Shown: positions 1 through 10,069, counted from the stretch's first letter. The stretch: DNA of 64,000 nucleotides from Thermoplasmatota archaeon (GCA_965234725.1 CBDDUX010000008.1:37734-101733); one strand, 5' to 3'. The notes: generated from the letters alone by a model not told the origin. Made by a program: numbers and translations.

Positions 1-1200
1 AACCTTCCAGTTGGTGCTGCTCCATTCAGGCCAATCCATTGTCTGGACAAGGAGGCCTCCCTTGATCCTGACAAATCTCTTTTCAGGAGGGTTAGTGGCA
101 ACGATCGGCCGGTTGGTCCTTACTATCCTGAGGTTCTTCTTCTTTTTCAATTCCGATATGGCCTCATCCGTGAAAGATGGGGCAACTATGACCTCGAAAA
201 ACCTCTGGTTGACCCTTTCAGCTGTCTCGAGGTCGCATTCCCTGTTCAGGCCTATGATGCCCCCATAAGCTGAGAGAGGGTCGCAGAGGAATGCGCGTTC
301 AAAAGCTCGGGCCATGGAACCGCCATCCTCTTTTCTGGAAATGGCAACACCGGAGGGATTGTTGTGCTTGATGATCACACAACAGGGTTCATCGGGGAAC
401 TCCATCAGAATGTCAGTTGCAGCATCGGTATCATAGATATTATTGAAGGAGAGCTCTTTTCCCCAAAGGACATCGGAATTTGAGATAGATATCCCCTTGT
501 ATGATGGGTCAATGAAGTAAGCTCCTTTCTGATGAGGGTTCTCACCGTATCTGGTCTCAAGGGATCTCTCGAACCTCCATCTCAAGGAATCCCCCCATGG
601 GGTATCCGGATGGAACCTGTCCCTTAACCAGCCTCCGATGGCAATGTCATAAGCTGACGTTAGCATGAACGCTTTGACCGCCAGGTCTTGTCTGGTTCCA
701 AGGTCTAGGTCTCCATCGGCTTTCAGTTTATCAAGGACCAGGGGATAATCCGAAGGGTCCACGATCACTATTACGTCATTGTGGTTCTTTGCAGCGGAAC
801 GGATCAATGACGGTCCGCCGATGTCGATCATCTCCAGAGCAGTGTCGATCTCGGCCCCACCTTCAACGGTCCTTTCAAACGGATACAGATTTACAACCAC
901 CATATCGATGGGTTCTATCCCATGTTCCTCCATCTCTTTCCTGTGGTCCTCCTGATCCCTTTTTCCCAGGATCCCGCCACAGATATTGGGATGAAGTGTC
1001 TTCACCCTGCCCCCCAGTATCTCTGGGAAATTGGTGACGGTTTCCACCTTTCTGCATTTCACTCCTCTTTCCGTAAGATACCTGAAGGTACCACCAGAAG
1101 AGATGATGTCAAAACCCATGTCGGAAAGTCCCTTTGCGAACTCCTCTATCCCATTCTTGTCCGATACCGAGACAAGAACTTTACGATTGTTTTCAGACAT
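1..1200 (-). CDS. purH: Bifunctional AICAR transformylase/IMP cyclohydrolase (3' end runs off the window; absent from the ORF track)
   Basis: Manual translation from ATG at 1200: MSENNRKVLVSVSDK..., GGRVKTLHP, IDIGGPSLIRSAAKNH, RYGENPHQ, GKELSFNN, IIKHNNP motifs typical of PurH. Confidence 0.95.
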   Translation of the reverse strand, partial: MSENNRKVLVSVSDKNGIEEFAKGLSDMGFDIISSGGTFRYLTERGVKCRKVETVTNFPEILGGRVKTLHPNICGGILGKRDQEDHRKEMEEHGIEPIDMVVVNLYPFERTVEGGAEIDTALEMIDIGGPSLIRSAAKNHNDVIVIVDPSDYPLVLDKLKADGDLDLGTRQDLAVKAFMLTSAYDIAIGGWLRDRFHPDTPWGDSLRWRFERSLETRYGENPHQKGAYFIDPSYKGISISNSDVLWGKELSFNNIYDTDAATDILMEFPDEPCCVIIKHNNPSGVAISRKEDGGSMARAFERAFLCDPLSAYGGIIGLNRECDLETAERVNQRFFEVIVAPSFTDEAISELKKKKNLRIVRTNRPIVATNPPEKRFVRIKGGLLVQTMDWPEWSSTNWKV

Positions 1201-1265
1201 ATCGTTTTCCCGGTAACTAATCCGGTTCTATTAAGGTTTCCGAGGAGGTTACCGTTTCTTTTTGG

Positions 1266-4157
1266 TCATTCCATGTCTTGTTTGATGAACGTCAACTCCC
1301 TGAGCTTTGATGATGTCCTGTTCAGGAAATAGAGGGCATTGATCGACTTGAATGTAATTGAGGCTTGTTTAAGCATTGACATGGCTTTATCCACCTTCAT
1401 TTGTTGGAATAGGACAAGGCCATATTGGAGTGTTGTCAATCCTAGTTGGAATGGGACCTGCAACGATCTGTTGATCTCCAATGCTGTTTCCAGGTGCTTG
1501 ACCGCTTCCTCGAAGGACCTTTTCTTTGCCATGTATAATCCAAGGGTCCTGTGTTTGCTTCCTTTTAGAAGTCTGTCCCCCAACTCCCTTTCCGGAACCT
1601 TCTCCAGGACCGCAACGCCTTCATCCGCTCTTTCTATATCACCAGATTCAAGCATGAGCTCTATGTATTCGAGGACAACCCTCTGGGTGATCTCCGAGGA
1701 GACATGGTCCTTGACCATGTTGAAACCCCAGGTCGCAAATCTCTTCGCATCCTCGATTTCCCTTAGTTTGATAAGGACATCTGCCATCCTTGTGTAAGCA
1801 TAGGCAGATTCCTGTTTGAGTTCGGTCTCCTCCCCCTTCTTAATTGCCATCTTATAATATGCAAGGGCCTGGTTGAAATCACCCATCTCATAGTAGATGT
1901 TCCCAACTTCTATCAATGCCATCACATTGAGTGGTTTCCTTTCTTTCTTGGGAAATTCCATATATTTGAGGTAACAGTCCATTGATCTGGTGTAATCCCC
2001 TTTAAAGTAGTAGATGACACCGAGCCCTCTGAATGCCTTTGCTACCTCCTCCTGGTCATCCTCCTTCTTGGATACATGAAGTGATCTTAGATAGTAATCA
2101 ACTGTCTGGTCCCATTCAAACAATTTCAACATTATATCTCCAATTCTCCGAAAGGATGAGGATCGACCGAAGGGAATGTCACCTTTTTCAGCTATGTCCA
2201 CCGCTCTTTTTAAAGCTATGAGGGCAGATTTGGTATCTCCAGAACTCTCATTGACATCAGCTATCATCTGGAGAACTCTAACCATCTGGAGGTCCCTTTC
2301 TCTGGATGCAGGTGTCTCCTCCATACATTCCAGAGCCTTATTTAGGACCTCAAGTGCTCCATGGTCGTCCATCCTGTCCATTCGTTCTTCAGCACTCTCG
2401 ATATAGGCTTTGTAGGCCTTCGAGCAGTCCCCACTCTTTCTATAATGCTCTGCAAGTATGGATACACGGTCTTCCCCTTTGTGGCTTGGGATAGAGTCTA
2501 CCAATGTTGCTGCTTTGGTATGAAGGTCCTTCAGTTGTTCCTTCGATATGGAATCGTAAATGGTCATCCTCGCCTTCTGGTGCTCGAACCTGAGTCCCTT
2601 CTCGGTCTCCTTGACCAATTTTATCTCTAATAGGGAGTCCAACCTGTCAAGCGCCTCTTCCTCGTCCATATCCAGACCATTGACAAGCATGTCAAGGCTG
2701 CATTCCATTCCAATTACAGAGGCAAAATCCAACATCATCCTGGTCTTCTCATCCAGGTTATGGATCCTCCTGGTAATGGCATCAACCTCAATCTGAACTG
2801 AAAGATTCCTTGCAGGATCGATGTTGGCTATTCTCCTCTCATCCAGGAACTTCTTGATAAGGATCGGATTCCCTTCAGTTTGCTCTGCCATCTCCAGAAG
2901 GAGTGTTTCATCCAATTCCTCTCCGATGAGACTTCTTGCCATCTCTAACTGACCATTTCTGTCCAGACGCTTGAGGGTCAATGTCTCGAAGAGCCTCTCC
3001 CTTGAGATCCTCTGGAGGGCATCCCTCAAAGGACTCTTATTGAAATCCTCGTCGTCCAGACTGTACTCCTCAGGTCTGTAGGACCCGATAATGAGTAACT
3101 TGTTGTTGCTAATATCCCTTGCAAGATATTGTAGAAGATTCAAAGAAGCTTTATCACTCCATTGGAGGTCCTCAATGATAACAAGGATCGGACCGTTCTT
3201 CAGGTCTTCGTTGATGAAGGTTGTAAAAAGGTCATTAACGGACATACCCTTTCTCATCTGGTCATTTTCAGAACCGTTTTTCCCTTCTCCATCCTTTCTG
3301 AGATGTATGCCTATATCTCTCTTATTGGAATTGATACTGGATCCGTCGTCCAGATGAATAATGATCCCCGAGTTCTTGAGTGCGAGTCCGTCTATGACAT
3401 CCAAGAGGTTTCTTACTTTATCTTCGGGATTGTTCTTGAGAATAATATCCATGGCGCGGTTGACCACTGCAAGATGCCTATATCTGTCAAAAGCTGTCTT
3501 CAGAGTTCTGGCGATCCTTTCCAATCTGGTTGGAGGAATGAAATCGTCTCCGCCCTGGCCGATCCTTATAACCTCTCCTTGATGCAAATTCTCATCGTGG
3601 ACTTCATCTTCCATTCCCTCAAGGAAAATGGTCCGGTATCCATTATCCGAGAGGAACTCAATCAGATCATTGGACCGACTTCTTTCAAGTCTGTATCCTC
3701 CAACGGGCTCATCCTTTGGAATGAAGAGGTTGGAGAAATCGTTGAAAAGGTCCCGTTCTAGGAGAATGCTTCCCTGAAGCTTCATTTTTACCTTATCCAT
3801 ATTCGTCTCGTAATCATCAATTGTCGAGACTCCGAAATGGTCTTTGAGCATCTCTATGAATGGGAGGTGAGTTGATTTTCTGTAATCGAGGCATCTTCCC
3901 CACATGATGGAAAAACCCAATGATCTGGCATCCGAGGAGCACTCATTCAGGAGATGGGTCTTTCCGATCCCGGCCTCCCCTTCTATCAATATCATGGAAC
4001 CTCTGCCTTCGGCTGCTTTTCGAAGGGCGGAGATTATTATCTCCCTTTCGAAATCCCTTCCTATCAGCTCTGGTCCCTGTTCAGGACCTCTTGAGAGGGT
4101 CTCTTCTTTCATGATGGTGTTCTTCGATGGCAGTTCCTGATTAAAATTCCTTTTCAC
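1266..4157 (-). CDS. STAND-like AAA ATPase (AAA_16 type) with inserted DUF835-like segment and C-terminal TPR array
   Basis: Walker A GEAGIGKT, Walker B IIEDLQWSD, GNP motif, multiple TPR-like helical repeats in the last ~350 aa; start codon uncertain (GTG 4157 or downstream ATG). Confidence 0.85.
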   Translation of the reverse strand: MKRNFNQELPSKNTIMKEETLSRGPEQGPELIGRDFEREIIISALRKAAEGRGSMILIEGEAGIGKTHLLNECSSDARSLGFSIMWGRCLDYRKSTHLPFIEMLKDHFGVSTIDDYETNMDKVKMKLQGSILLERDLFNDFSNLFIPKDEPVGGYRLERSRSNDLIEFLSDNGYRTIFLEGMEDEVHDENLHQGEVIRIGQGGDDFIPPTRLERIARTLKTAFDRYRHLAVVNRAMDIILKNNPEDKVRNLLDVIDGLALKNSGIIIHLDDGSSINSNKRDIGIHLRKDGEGKNGSENDQMRKGMSVNDLFTTFINEDLKNGPILVIIEDLQWSDKASLNLLQYLARDISNNKLLIIGSYRPEEYSLDDEDFNKSPLRDALQRISRERLFETLTLKRLDRNGQLEMARSLIGEELDETLLLEMAEQTEGNPILIKKFLDERRIANIDPARNLSVQIEVDAITRRIHNLDEKTRMMLDFASVIGMECSLDMLVNGLDMDEEEALDRLDSLLEIKLVKETEKGLRFEHQKARMTIYDSISKEQLKDLHTKAATLVDSIPSHKGEDRVSILAEHYRKSGDCSKAYKAYIESAEERMDRMDDHGALEVLNKALECMEETPASRERDLQMVRVLQMIADVNESSGDTKSALIALKRAVDIAEKGDIPFGRSSSFRRIGDIMLKLFEWDQTVDYYLRSLHVSKKEDDQEEVAKAFRGLGVIYYFKGDYTRSMDCYLKYMEFPKKERKPLNVMALIEVGNIYYEMGDFNQALAYYKMAIKKGEETELKQESAYAYTRMADVLIKLREIEDAKRFATWGFNMVKDHVSSEITQRVVLEYIELMLESGDIERADEGVAVLEKVPERELGDRLLKGSKHRTLGLYMAKKRSFEEAVKHLETALEINRSLQVPFQLGLTTLQYGLVLFQQMKVDKAMSMLKQASITFKSINALYFLNRTSSKLRELTFIKQDME

Positions 4158-4224
4158 CTCTTTATGTGATATTGAAATTGATAGGTATCAAGAAATTTCC
4201 TTTTATCCTTTCGATGCCTTCAAC

Positions 4225-4232
4225 TTTATATA
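4225..4232 (+). promoter_or_regulatory. Putative TATA box of the tRNA-Tyr gene
   Basis: TTTATATA about 34 nt upstream of the mature tRNA 5' end. Confidence 0.55.
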
Positions 4233-4265
4233 CCTTGATATATTATGGCGGCTCACCCATCCTAT

Positions 4266-4375
4266 CCCGGCTTGGCTTAGTCTGGCTAGAGCGGGGGACT
4301 GTAGTTGGACACCGGTGATACCGGAACCCCGCAGACATCCTTAGATCCCCAGTTCAAATCTGGGAGCCGGGACCA
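4266..4375 (+). tRNA. tRNA-Tyr(GTA) with a 32-nt intron (4305-4336) at canonical position 37/38 and encoded CCA
   Basis: Acceptor stem CCCGGCT/AGCCGGG with C1-G72 and A73, D-arm GCTT/GAGC, anticodon GTA at 4301-4303, T-arm CCCAG-TTCAAAT-CTGGG, bulge-helix-bulge CTGT/GCAG with AGT and ACA bulges. Confidence 0.95.
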
Positions 4376-4495
4376 TTATTATTAGAATCAGATTCTAATT
4401 GAGATCAATTTAGAGTCTCCCATAAAAATCATATTATTATAATAGGCCGGACTAAAAACGGTTTCAATCAGTTTGAAATTATTTTTTGTCCAGGG

Positions 4496-4508
4496 TCTGG
4501 GAGCCGGG
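4496..4508 (+). repeat. 13-bp direct repeat of the tRNA-Tyr 3' end (TCTGGGAGCCGGG)
   Basis: Identical to 4359-4371. Confidence 0.85.
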
Positions 4509-4555
4509 CGGGATCAATTTGCAATCTTTTTAGAGATGAAATCACATTATAACCC

Positions 4556-5389
4556 TTACTTAGTCAATACAACCGAACCAGATTCAAAGGGTCCTGATCT
4601 GATATCATTGTAGATCAGGATGAAAACACAATTCTCAACGATCTCCTGGTTCTCCTTCAATGTAAAACTGTCAGTATTTGCATCCAGAAAGGTCAACCGC
4701 GGAGTATCCATGAACCTTATCTCAGCATGTTGAGGAAGGTTGACAAGGTCTACGATATCTCCTTCTCTGATGGTTTCTCCATCAATACCCTCGACCTTGT
4801 ATGAATAATTGCTGATAAATTCATCCCTGGTAGCAGAGGAGACGGTAACTACAAATTGGGGTTCCCCTGGAAGGCCAAATGGTGGAGTTACAAAGCTACA
4901 TGAAAGTGTCACTTCGGGCGGCGGAAGAGGCTCCTCTTCCACCACGACCCTTATTGTCACCGTTGAATGGTCCCATAGGGGGTCATCATTGTCCTCTGTT
5001 ACATTCAATGTAACAATGAACTCGGTGGTCACTTCGATTGTCATCGGGTACGAGAAGGATATATTGACGCCCTCTCGGTTCCTATCGTTATCGAATATCC
5101 CATCATTGTTGGAATCCGTTCCAATATCCATATCCCAATAGTATCTCAACAGGTCTCCGTCAGGGTCAGAGGAAGAAGAACCATTGAGGTAGAAAGACTC
5201 TCCCGGTATCACGGAGAAGTCCCGGCCAGCATCTGCAACCGGTGATCGATTGTTACCGTTTCCCCCGCCACCTCCTCCGTTATCTCCACCATTATCCCTT
5301 ATGAGAAGCAGGTATCCTCCCACTCCGATAATGACCAAAACGGCGATACCAGCAACCAACCCTTTCTTTGGAATAGCTGGAAATTCCAT
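4556..5389 (-). CDS. Membrane-anchored PKD-domain surface protein
   Basis: N-terminal hydrophobic helix, Gly-rich linker, PVADAG...GSSSSDPDGD..YYWD PKD signature. Confidence 0.8.
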   Translation of the reverse strand: MEFPAIPKKGLVAGIAVLVIIGVGGYLLLIRDNGGDNGGGGGGNGNNRSPVADAGRDFSVIPGESFYLNGSSSSDPDGDLLRYYWDMDIGTDSNNDGIFDNDRNREGVNISFSYPMTIEVTTEFIVTLNVTEDNDDPLWDHSTVTIRVVVEEEPLPPPEVTLSCSFVTPPFGLPGEPQFVVTVSSATRDEFISNYSYKVEGIDGETIREGDIVDLVNLPQHAEIRFMDTPRLTFLDANTDSFTLKENQEIVENCVFILIYNDIRSGPFESGSVVLTK

Positions 5390-5678
5390 ACCTATGATTC
5401 AGATGATAGGATATTATAACTTTCGGAAGATGGGAGCAAACCTTGAGGATGGAGTTCGTTTTGTTCCAAACCTCATTATTCAAGAAGCATCAATTTCCTG
5501 ATCCCGTCACTTTCAATTGGATCAAGGATTATTCAATTTATATTGATTCAAATGTAAGGTTCCCTGTTCAATACTTAAACAGTCCTTGTCATGGTCCCTT
5601 CCTGAAATCTCTTTGACTGCCACCATCTGGAGCAGGGACCCGGTCTTTATCGGTCCTGGATTGATATCCTTTGGGTTC

Positions 5679-5897
5679 TTATCTCTTCATTATCTTCATC
5701 CAGCCCTTGGACTCATAGACTGCGAGTCCTCTCTGACCCAGGGCCTCTTCGAATTTTCCCCAGCTTATGACCTCGAGCCTCTTATTGTTGCCCTTTGTGA
5801 ACTGGACACCCTCTGTGCCCACCACCATTCCAGGTTTGAGGTTTTTGTCAGTGGCTATTTTCTTTGCTATTCCCATATCGATCTTGGTCATTGCCAT
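5679..5897 (-). CDS. Small basic hypothetical protein (72 aa)
   Basis: Strong AGGAGG SD upstream, TTTTATATA box about 60 nt upstream, protein-like composition. Confidence 0.75.
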   Translation of the reverse strand: MAMTKIDMGIAKKIATDKNLKPGMVVGTEGVQFTKGNNKRLEVISWGKFEEALGQRGLAVYESKGWMKIMKR

Positions 5898-6283
5898 TCT
5901 TTCATCCTCCTAAAAAGGTAGCTATTTCCCCTACCCCATCCTGCAACGATGCCTGGCTATATAAAATCTTCCTTCTGGCCCCACATTTTTACGGATATTT
6001 CCAATCTCACTGTAAAAAATATAAAAACAGGACCGATGGGTTCCAACTTCTGGACCCTAAATGGAAATTTAAATGATGGGGTGATGTCCAGGCAACCATT
6101 TTAAAATCCATATTCCTGTATAATTTGATAAATATCACACACTTGCATTGGAAATCGGAGTAATTTTGTAGATATGTTAAATGAACCTTCTCTTTCCCTG
6201 ATACGTGGATCAGATCCTTCAATTGCTTCATTTCCCTTCAAAAGGATTTAGTAAGGGTTGTTCCTTCCAACAATGGGGAACCC

Positions 6284-7513
6284 TTGATGAAGGCTCTGGT
6301 CCTTGCGGCAGGTGAAGGTAAGAGGATGGGACCTCTTACCGAGAACAGGCCAAAACCAATGCTTCCTGTGGCGGGACGACCGTTCCTGGAGCATACCGTG
6401 ATGGCATTGAAGGAAGCGGGTGTTATTGACATTACTATACTAACAGGATATCATGGGATGTCCATCAAGGACTACATGGGAGATGGATCCAGACTTGGGG
6501 TCAATATTGATTACCTTCTTCAACCCCAAAGACTGGGGACCGCTCATGCGGTGGGAATGGCCAAGGACAATCTGGACGAACCTTTCATCTGCCTTAACGG
6601 TGATGTCATTGTCAGCCAGAAGCTGATCACCTCCCTGATAGAGAAGTTCAACCTGACCAAATGCAACCTCATGACCCTTATTGAGGTGGAGGACGCGTCC
6701 AGGTTCGGCCTTGTGAAAGTTGATATTGATAAGGTCAGAGGTATTGTGGAGAAATCCGGTCAGATACAAAAGGGTTTGATCAATGGTGGCATCTATCTTT
6801 TTAAACCATCAATTTTCGAAGCCATTAGAAAGACACCTCTTTCACCCAGGGGTGAATATGAGATAACGAACTCTCTCGAAATGATCATGGAAGATGAGGA
6901 TGTTTTCGCACTGATCCCCGAGGAACCCTGGGTCGATATCGGATCACCATGGGACCTCCTTAATGCCCATGAGATATTCATGAGGGACCTGAAAGAGGAC
7001 ATTCAGGGTGATATCGAGGATAATGTGCACATATTTGGAAATGTAGTCCTGAAAAAGGGTGCCAGGATAAAATCCGGTACGTATATTGAGGGCAATGTTT
7101 TCATTGATGAGGATGCGGTCATCGGGCCGAACTCCTACATAAGGGGTAGCACATACATAGGGAAACGTTCAAAGGTGGGCGCGGCATCCGAGGTGAAGAA
7201 TTCGATCATACTTGACAGGTCCAGCATCCCCCACCATAATTATGTGGGTGATTCCATCATAGGGACCGATTGCAATCTTGGAAGCGGGACCAAGGTAGCG
7301 AACCTGAGACTTGACGATAGGACCGTTCCGGTTACCCTTAAAGGGATCAGGGTCGACTCGGGTAGAAGGAAGCTGGGAGTTATTATTGGAGACGATGTTA
7401 AGACTGGTATAAACGCCACAATGGATCCAGGGACCATGATATTCAGCGGTTCTCGGATCGGACCGGGAACCCATGCTTCGGGAACGATAGGGAAGGATTC
7501 CATAATATATTGA
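6284..7513 (+). CDS. glmU: Bifunctional sugar-1-phosphate nucleotidylyltransferase/acetyltransferase (archaeal GlmU-like)
   Basis: LAAGEGKRMGPLT..RPKPM nucleotidyltransferase motif plus C-terminal hexapeptide beta-helix (HHNYVGDSIIG). Confidence 0.88.
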   Translation: MMKALVLAAGEGKRMGPLTENRPKPMLPVAGRPFLEHTVMALKEAGVIDITILTGYHGMSIKDYMGDGSRLGVNIDYLLQPQRLGTAHAVGMAKDNLDEPFICLNGDVIVSQKLITSLIEKFNLTKCNLMTLIEVEDASRFGLVKVDIDKVRGIVEKSGQIQKGLINGGIYLFKPSIFEAIRKTPLSPRGEYEITNSLEMIMEDEDVFALIPEEPWVDIGSPWDLLNAHEIFMRDLKEDIQGDIEDNVHIFGNVVLKKGARIKSGTYIEGNVFIDEDAVIGPNSYIRGSTYIGKRSKVGAASEVKNSIILDRSSIPHHNYVGDSIIGTDCNLGSGTKVANLRLDDRTVPVTLKGIRVDSGRRKLGVIIGDDVKTGINATMDPGTMIFSGSRIGPGTHASGTIGKDSIIY

Positions 7514-7522
7514 GGTAAGGAG

Positions 7523-8395
7523 ATGCTCAATGTCCTCCTGATGAGTACAGAGGACGAGGCTTCCAGGAATATTCGGGATCGATTGATTGAGCTTGGTAGC
7601 TTCGAGGAGGTCGGTACCTTCCATGGTCACCCTGTTCATCTCGGCCATGATCTTCTCCTTTTTGAGAAGGAGGGTCTTCACCTGTATTTCGACAATGTTG
7701 ACATGGAGATAAGGTCCTGGGTTGATGAAGAGTTAACCCATTCAATAATTTTCCAAAAGGAAAGCCTACATCCCGTTGACCTTTTGGTATTCCTTTCAAA
7801 GCACAGTTCGGAGATGGAGGTAAAGAGCCTTACGGTCCATCCGATCGGTAACTATCTCACGGCAGAACATGGCGGAGAATCAGGATACCTTCCCCCCTCG
7901 GCCCCATTTGAAATGACAGCCGCTCTTAAAGCCCTCTATAGAGAGAAAAAGGCTTTGGGCATCAAGGACCAGACCGCTTATGAGGTCACACATCACGGCC
8001 CCCTCATTTCTTCACCCTGTTTTTTCATCGAGATAGGATCAGCACCTTCAAGATGGGGCTTGCCGATCCTGGGGGAGGCAATAGCCAGATCTTTGATATC
8101 AGGTGATCTCCTGAAACCAAGGACGGACATTCCTGTGGCTATCGGAGTAGGAGGGGGACATTATGCTCCAAGGTTCACTGACAGGGCCAGGAGGAACAAG
8201 TTTGCATTTGGACATATGATCCCTGATCACATCCTTTCAGGAGAAAAGACCCTTAAGGACCTTATGCAGTTGGCAAAGGACTCAACGCCAGGAGCCGAGT
8301 ATGTGTTCGTTCACAGGTCCAACAGGAACGAGGAACTCATTGAGGGGATCGAAGGTGCTGCTGGAGATCTCGGATTGAAAGTTGCGGGGATCTGA
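7523..8395 (+). CDS. dtdA: Archaeal D-aminoacyl-tRNA deacylase
   Basis: SKHSS, LTVHPIGN, EVTHHGP, FIEIGS, GGGHYAPRFT motifs. Confidence 0.93.
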   Translation: MLNVLLMSTEDEASRNIRDRLIELGSFEEVGTFHGHPVHLGHDLLLFEKEGLHLYFDNVDMEIRSWVDEELTHSIIFQKESLHPVDLLVFLSKHSSEMEVKSLTVHPIGNYLTAEHGGESGYLPPSAPFEMTAALKALYREKKALGIKDQTAYEVTHHGPLISSPCFFIEIGSAPSRWGLPILGEAIARSLISGDLLKPRTDIPVAIGVGGGHYAPRFTDRARRNKFAFGHMIPDHILSGEKTLKDLMQLAKDSTPGAEYVFVHRSNRNEELIEGIEGAAGDLGLKVAGI

Positions 8396-8404
8396 TGACA
8401 CAAT

Positions 8405-10069
8405 TCAGTCTATCTTTTTTTCCATATAGAAACCGCTTTTTCTGTAACCTAAGGACCGATAATAATCCCTGACACCAATACCTGAGGTAACAACGACCCT
8501 GCTCTTTCCCAATTCATCCTTGGCTATCTTCTCTGCCTCCAATAGGAGTCTCTTTCCGGTTCCCCTGTGCTGCCAGGTATCCTCCTTCCTTTCACCGATC
8601 GGAACAAGCTGACCAAATACCTTGAGCTCACGGACAAAAAGTAGATCACCGGACCCTTCTCCTTCCGCAAGTGGGGACGGATCCCTCAACCTGATATAAC
8701 CAAGGATGGAATCAGATGGCCCATGCTCAAGGGAAATGAAGAATTCCTTCCCACCGGATGCATCGTATTCTCTTCGGGTAAGTTCGAATTCATTCATCAG
8801 GGGGGCCTCCAACCCATCCCTTGTCCTGTGTCCGATCTCCCTACACCTGACACATCGGCAGGACCATCCCCTTTCTTTCATGATCTCCTCTGCAACCTGC
8901 CTTAGATTTGACATATCCACTCCGGCAGCGATAATTGGTGTCGGAATATCTCTCTGCACTCTCTGGATCCTTACCCATGGTGGTGTGATCCTTTTGATCC
9001 TGGCCACTATATCAGCGGCTTCCATTGTGGAGAGAGGTTCGTGGTCTCCCCTCTTCCACATGTCAAACAGCTCGGTCCCTTCGACCACCAATGTGGGGTA
9101 TATCTTGATCATATCCGGTCTGAATGACGGGTCAGAAAACACCCTTTCTGCACTCTCTATGTCCATCTCCCTTGTAGAGCCAGGAAGACCAGGCATCAGA
9201 TGATAGCTTACCTTCAGACCCGCATCCTTGGCCACCCTTGTAGCTTCAATGGATTCTGTTGTCCCATGTCCTCTTGAGCATTCTTCTAATACCATGTCGA
9301 AAGCTGATTGGACTCCCAGCTCAACTCGTGTCCCTCCCAGTTCTAGAACATTCCTGCATTGTGGCCATTGGAAATGGTCAGGTCTCGTTTCAAAGGTCAT
9401 ACCTATACATCGGTGCAGGGAGGTCTCGTTCAGGAGCTGTGCTTCTTTGATGGATGGGGTTACAATTCCGTTCATGGCATCCAGACAGCCTTTCACGAAA
9501 TCCCTTTGGTAACCCTCCTCCCTCGCTGTGAGCGTCCCTCCCATGAGAATGAGGTCGATCTTGTCCGTGGGATGACCGATGGCATCCAGCTGAGAGATCC
9601 TGTTCAGGGTCTGTTTGAACGGATCGTAATCGTTCATCGCCGCTCTCATGGCTGCCGGTTCCCTTCCGGTGTAGGATTGCGGGGTAGGGACCTCTTTTGA
9701 AGTCCCTCCAGGGCAGAATATACATCTTCCATGGGGGCAGTCGTGAGGGGAGGTCATTACAGCAACAACAGCAACCCCTGATAACGTCCTGGAAGGTTTT
9801 TTGAGCAGAATTCGCATGGTATCAGGGTCTATGGCCGGTCCTTTGCTCTTGAGGTATGCTATGACCATGGAATTCGATGGGATACCCTTCTGGGAATACT
9901 TCTTTGCCATCTTCAGCTTGAAAGATTGAAAGGAGTCCCTGTCCCTGATAATACCTTCATCCAAGGCTATCGCTATCTCTGAAAGCATCTTCTCAACTTC
10001 AGGGTCTTCTATATAATCGTCAAAATTCCGTGTGCCCTTCTTCATCTCACTTTGCATCTGCAACATCAC
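8405..10069 (-). CDS. elp3: Elp3 tRNA U34 carboxymethylation enzyme (radical SAM + GNAT)
   Basis: RTLSGVAVVAVMT, CPHGRCIFCPGG, ELGVQS, RVQRDIP, CRCVRCRE, QHRGTG. Confidence 0.95.
   Translation of the reverse strand: MMLQMQSEMKKGTRNFDDYIEDPEVEKMLSEIAIALDEGIIRDRDSFQSFKLKMAKKYSQKGIPSNSMVIAYLKSKGPAIDPDTMRILLKKPSRTLSGVAVVAVMTSPHDCPHGRCIFCPGGTSKEVPTPQSYTGREPAAMRAAMNDYDPFKQTLNRISQLDAIGHPTDKIDLILMGGTLTAREEGYQRDFVKGCLDAMNGIVTPSIKEAQLLNETSLHRCIGMTFETRPDHFQWPQCRNVLELGGTRVELGVQSAFDMVLEECSRGHGTTESIEATRVAKDAGLKVSYHLMPGLPGSTREMDIESAERVFSDPSFRPDMIKIYPTLVVEGTELFDMWKRGDHEPLSTMEAADIVARIKRITPPWVRIQRVQRDIPTPIIAAGVDMSNLRQVAEEIMKERGWSCRCVRCREIGHRTRDGLEAPLMNEFELTRREYDASGGKEFFISLEHGPSDSILGYIRLRDPSPLAEGEGSGDLLFVRELKVFGQLVPIGERKEDTWQHRGTGKRLLLEAEKIAKDELGKSRVVVTSGIGVRDYYRSLGYRKSGFYMEKKID

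Noticed and set aside
4305-4336. C/D-box guide RNA inside the tRNA intron
   Set aside because: Too short, and no RTGATGA/CTGA pair
5921-6283. Short ORFs or origin in the AT-rich gap before glmU
   Set aside because: Explained as a divergent promoter region; no repeated boxes or credible coding signal
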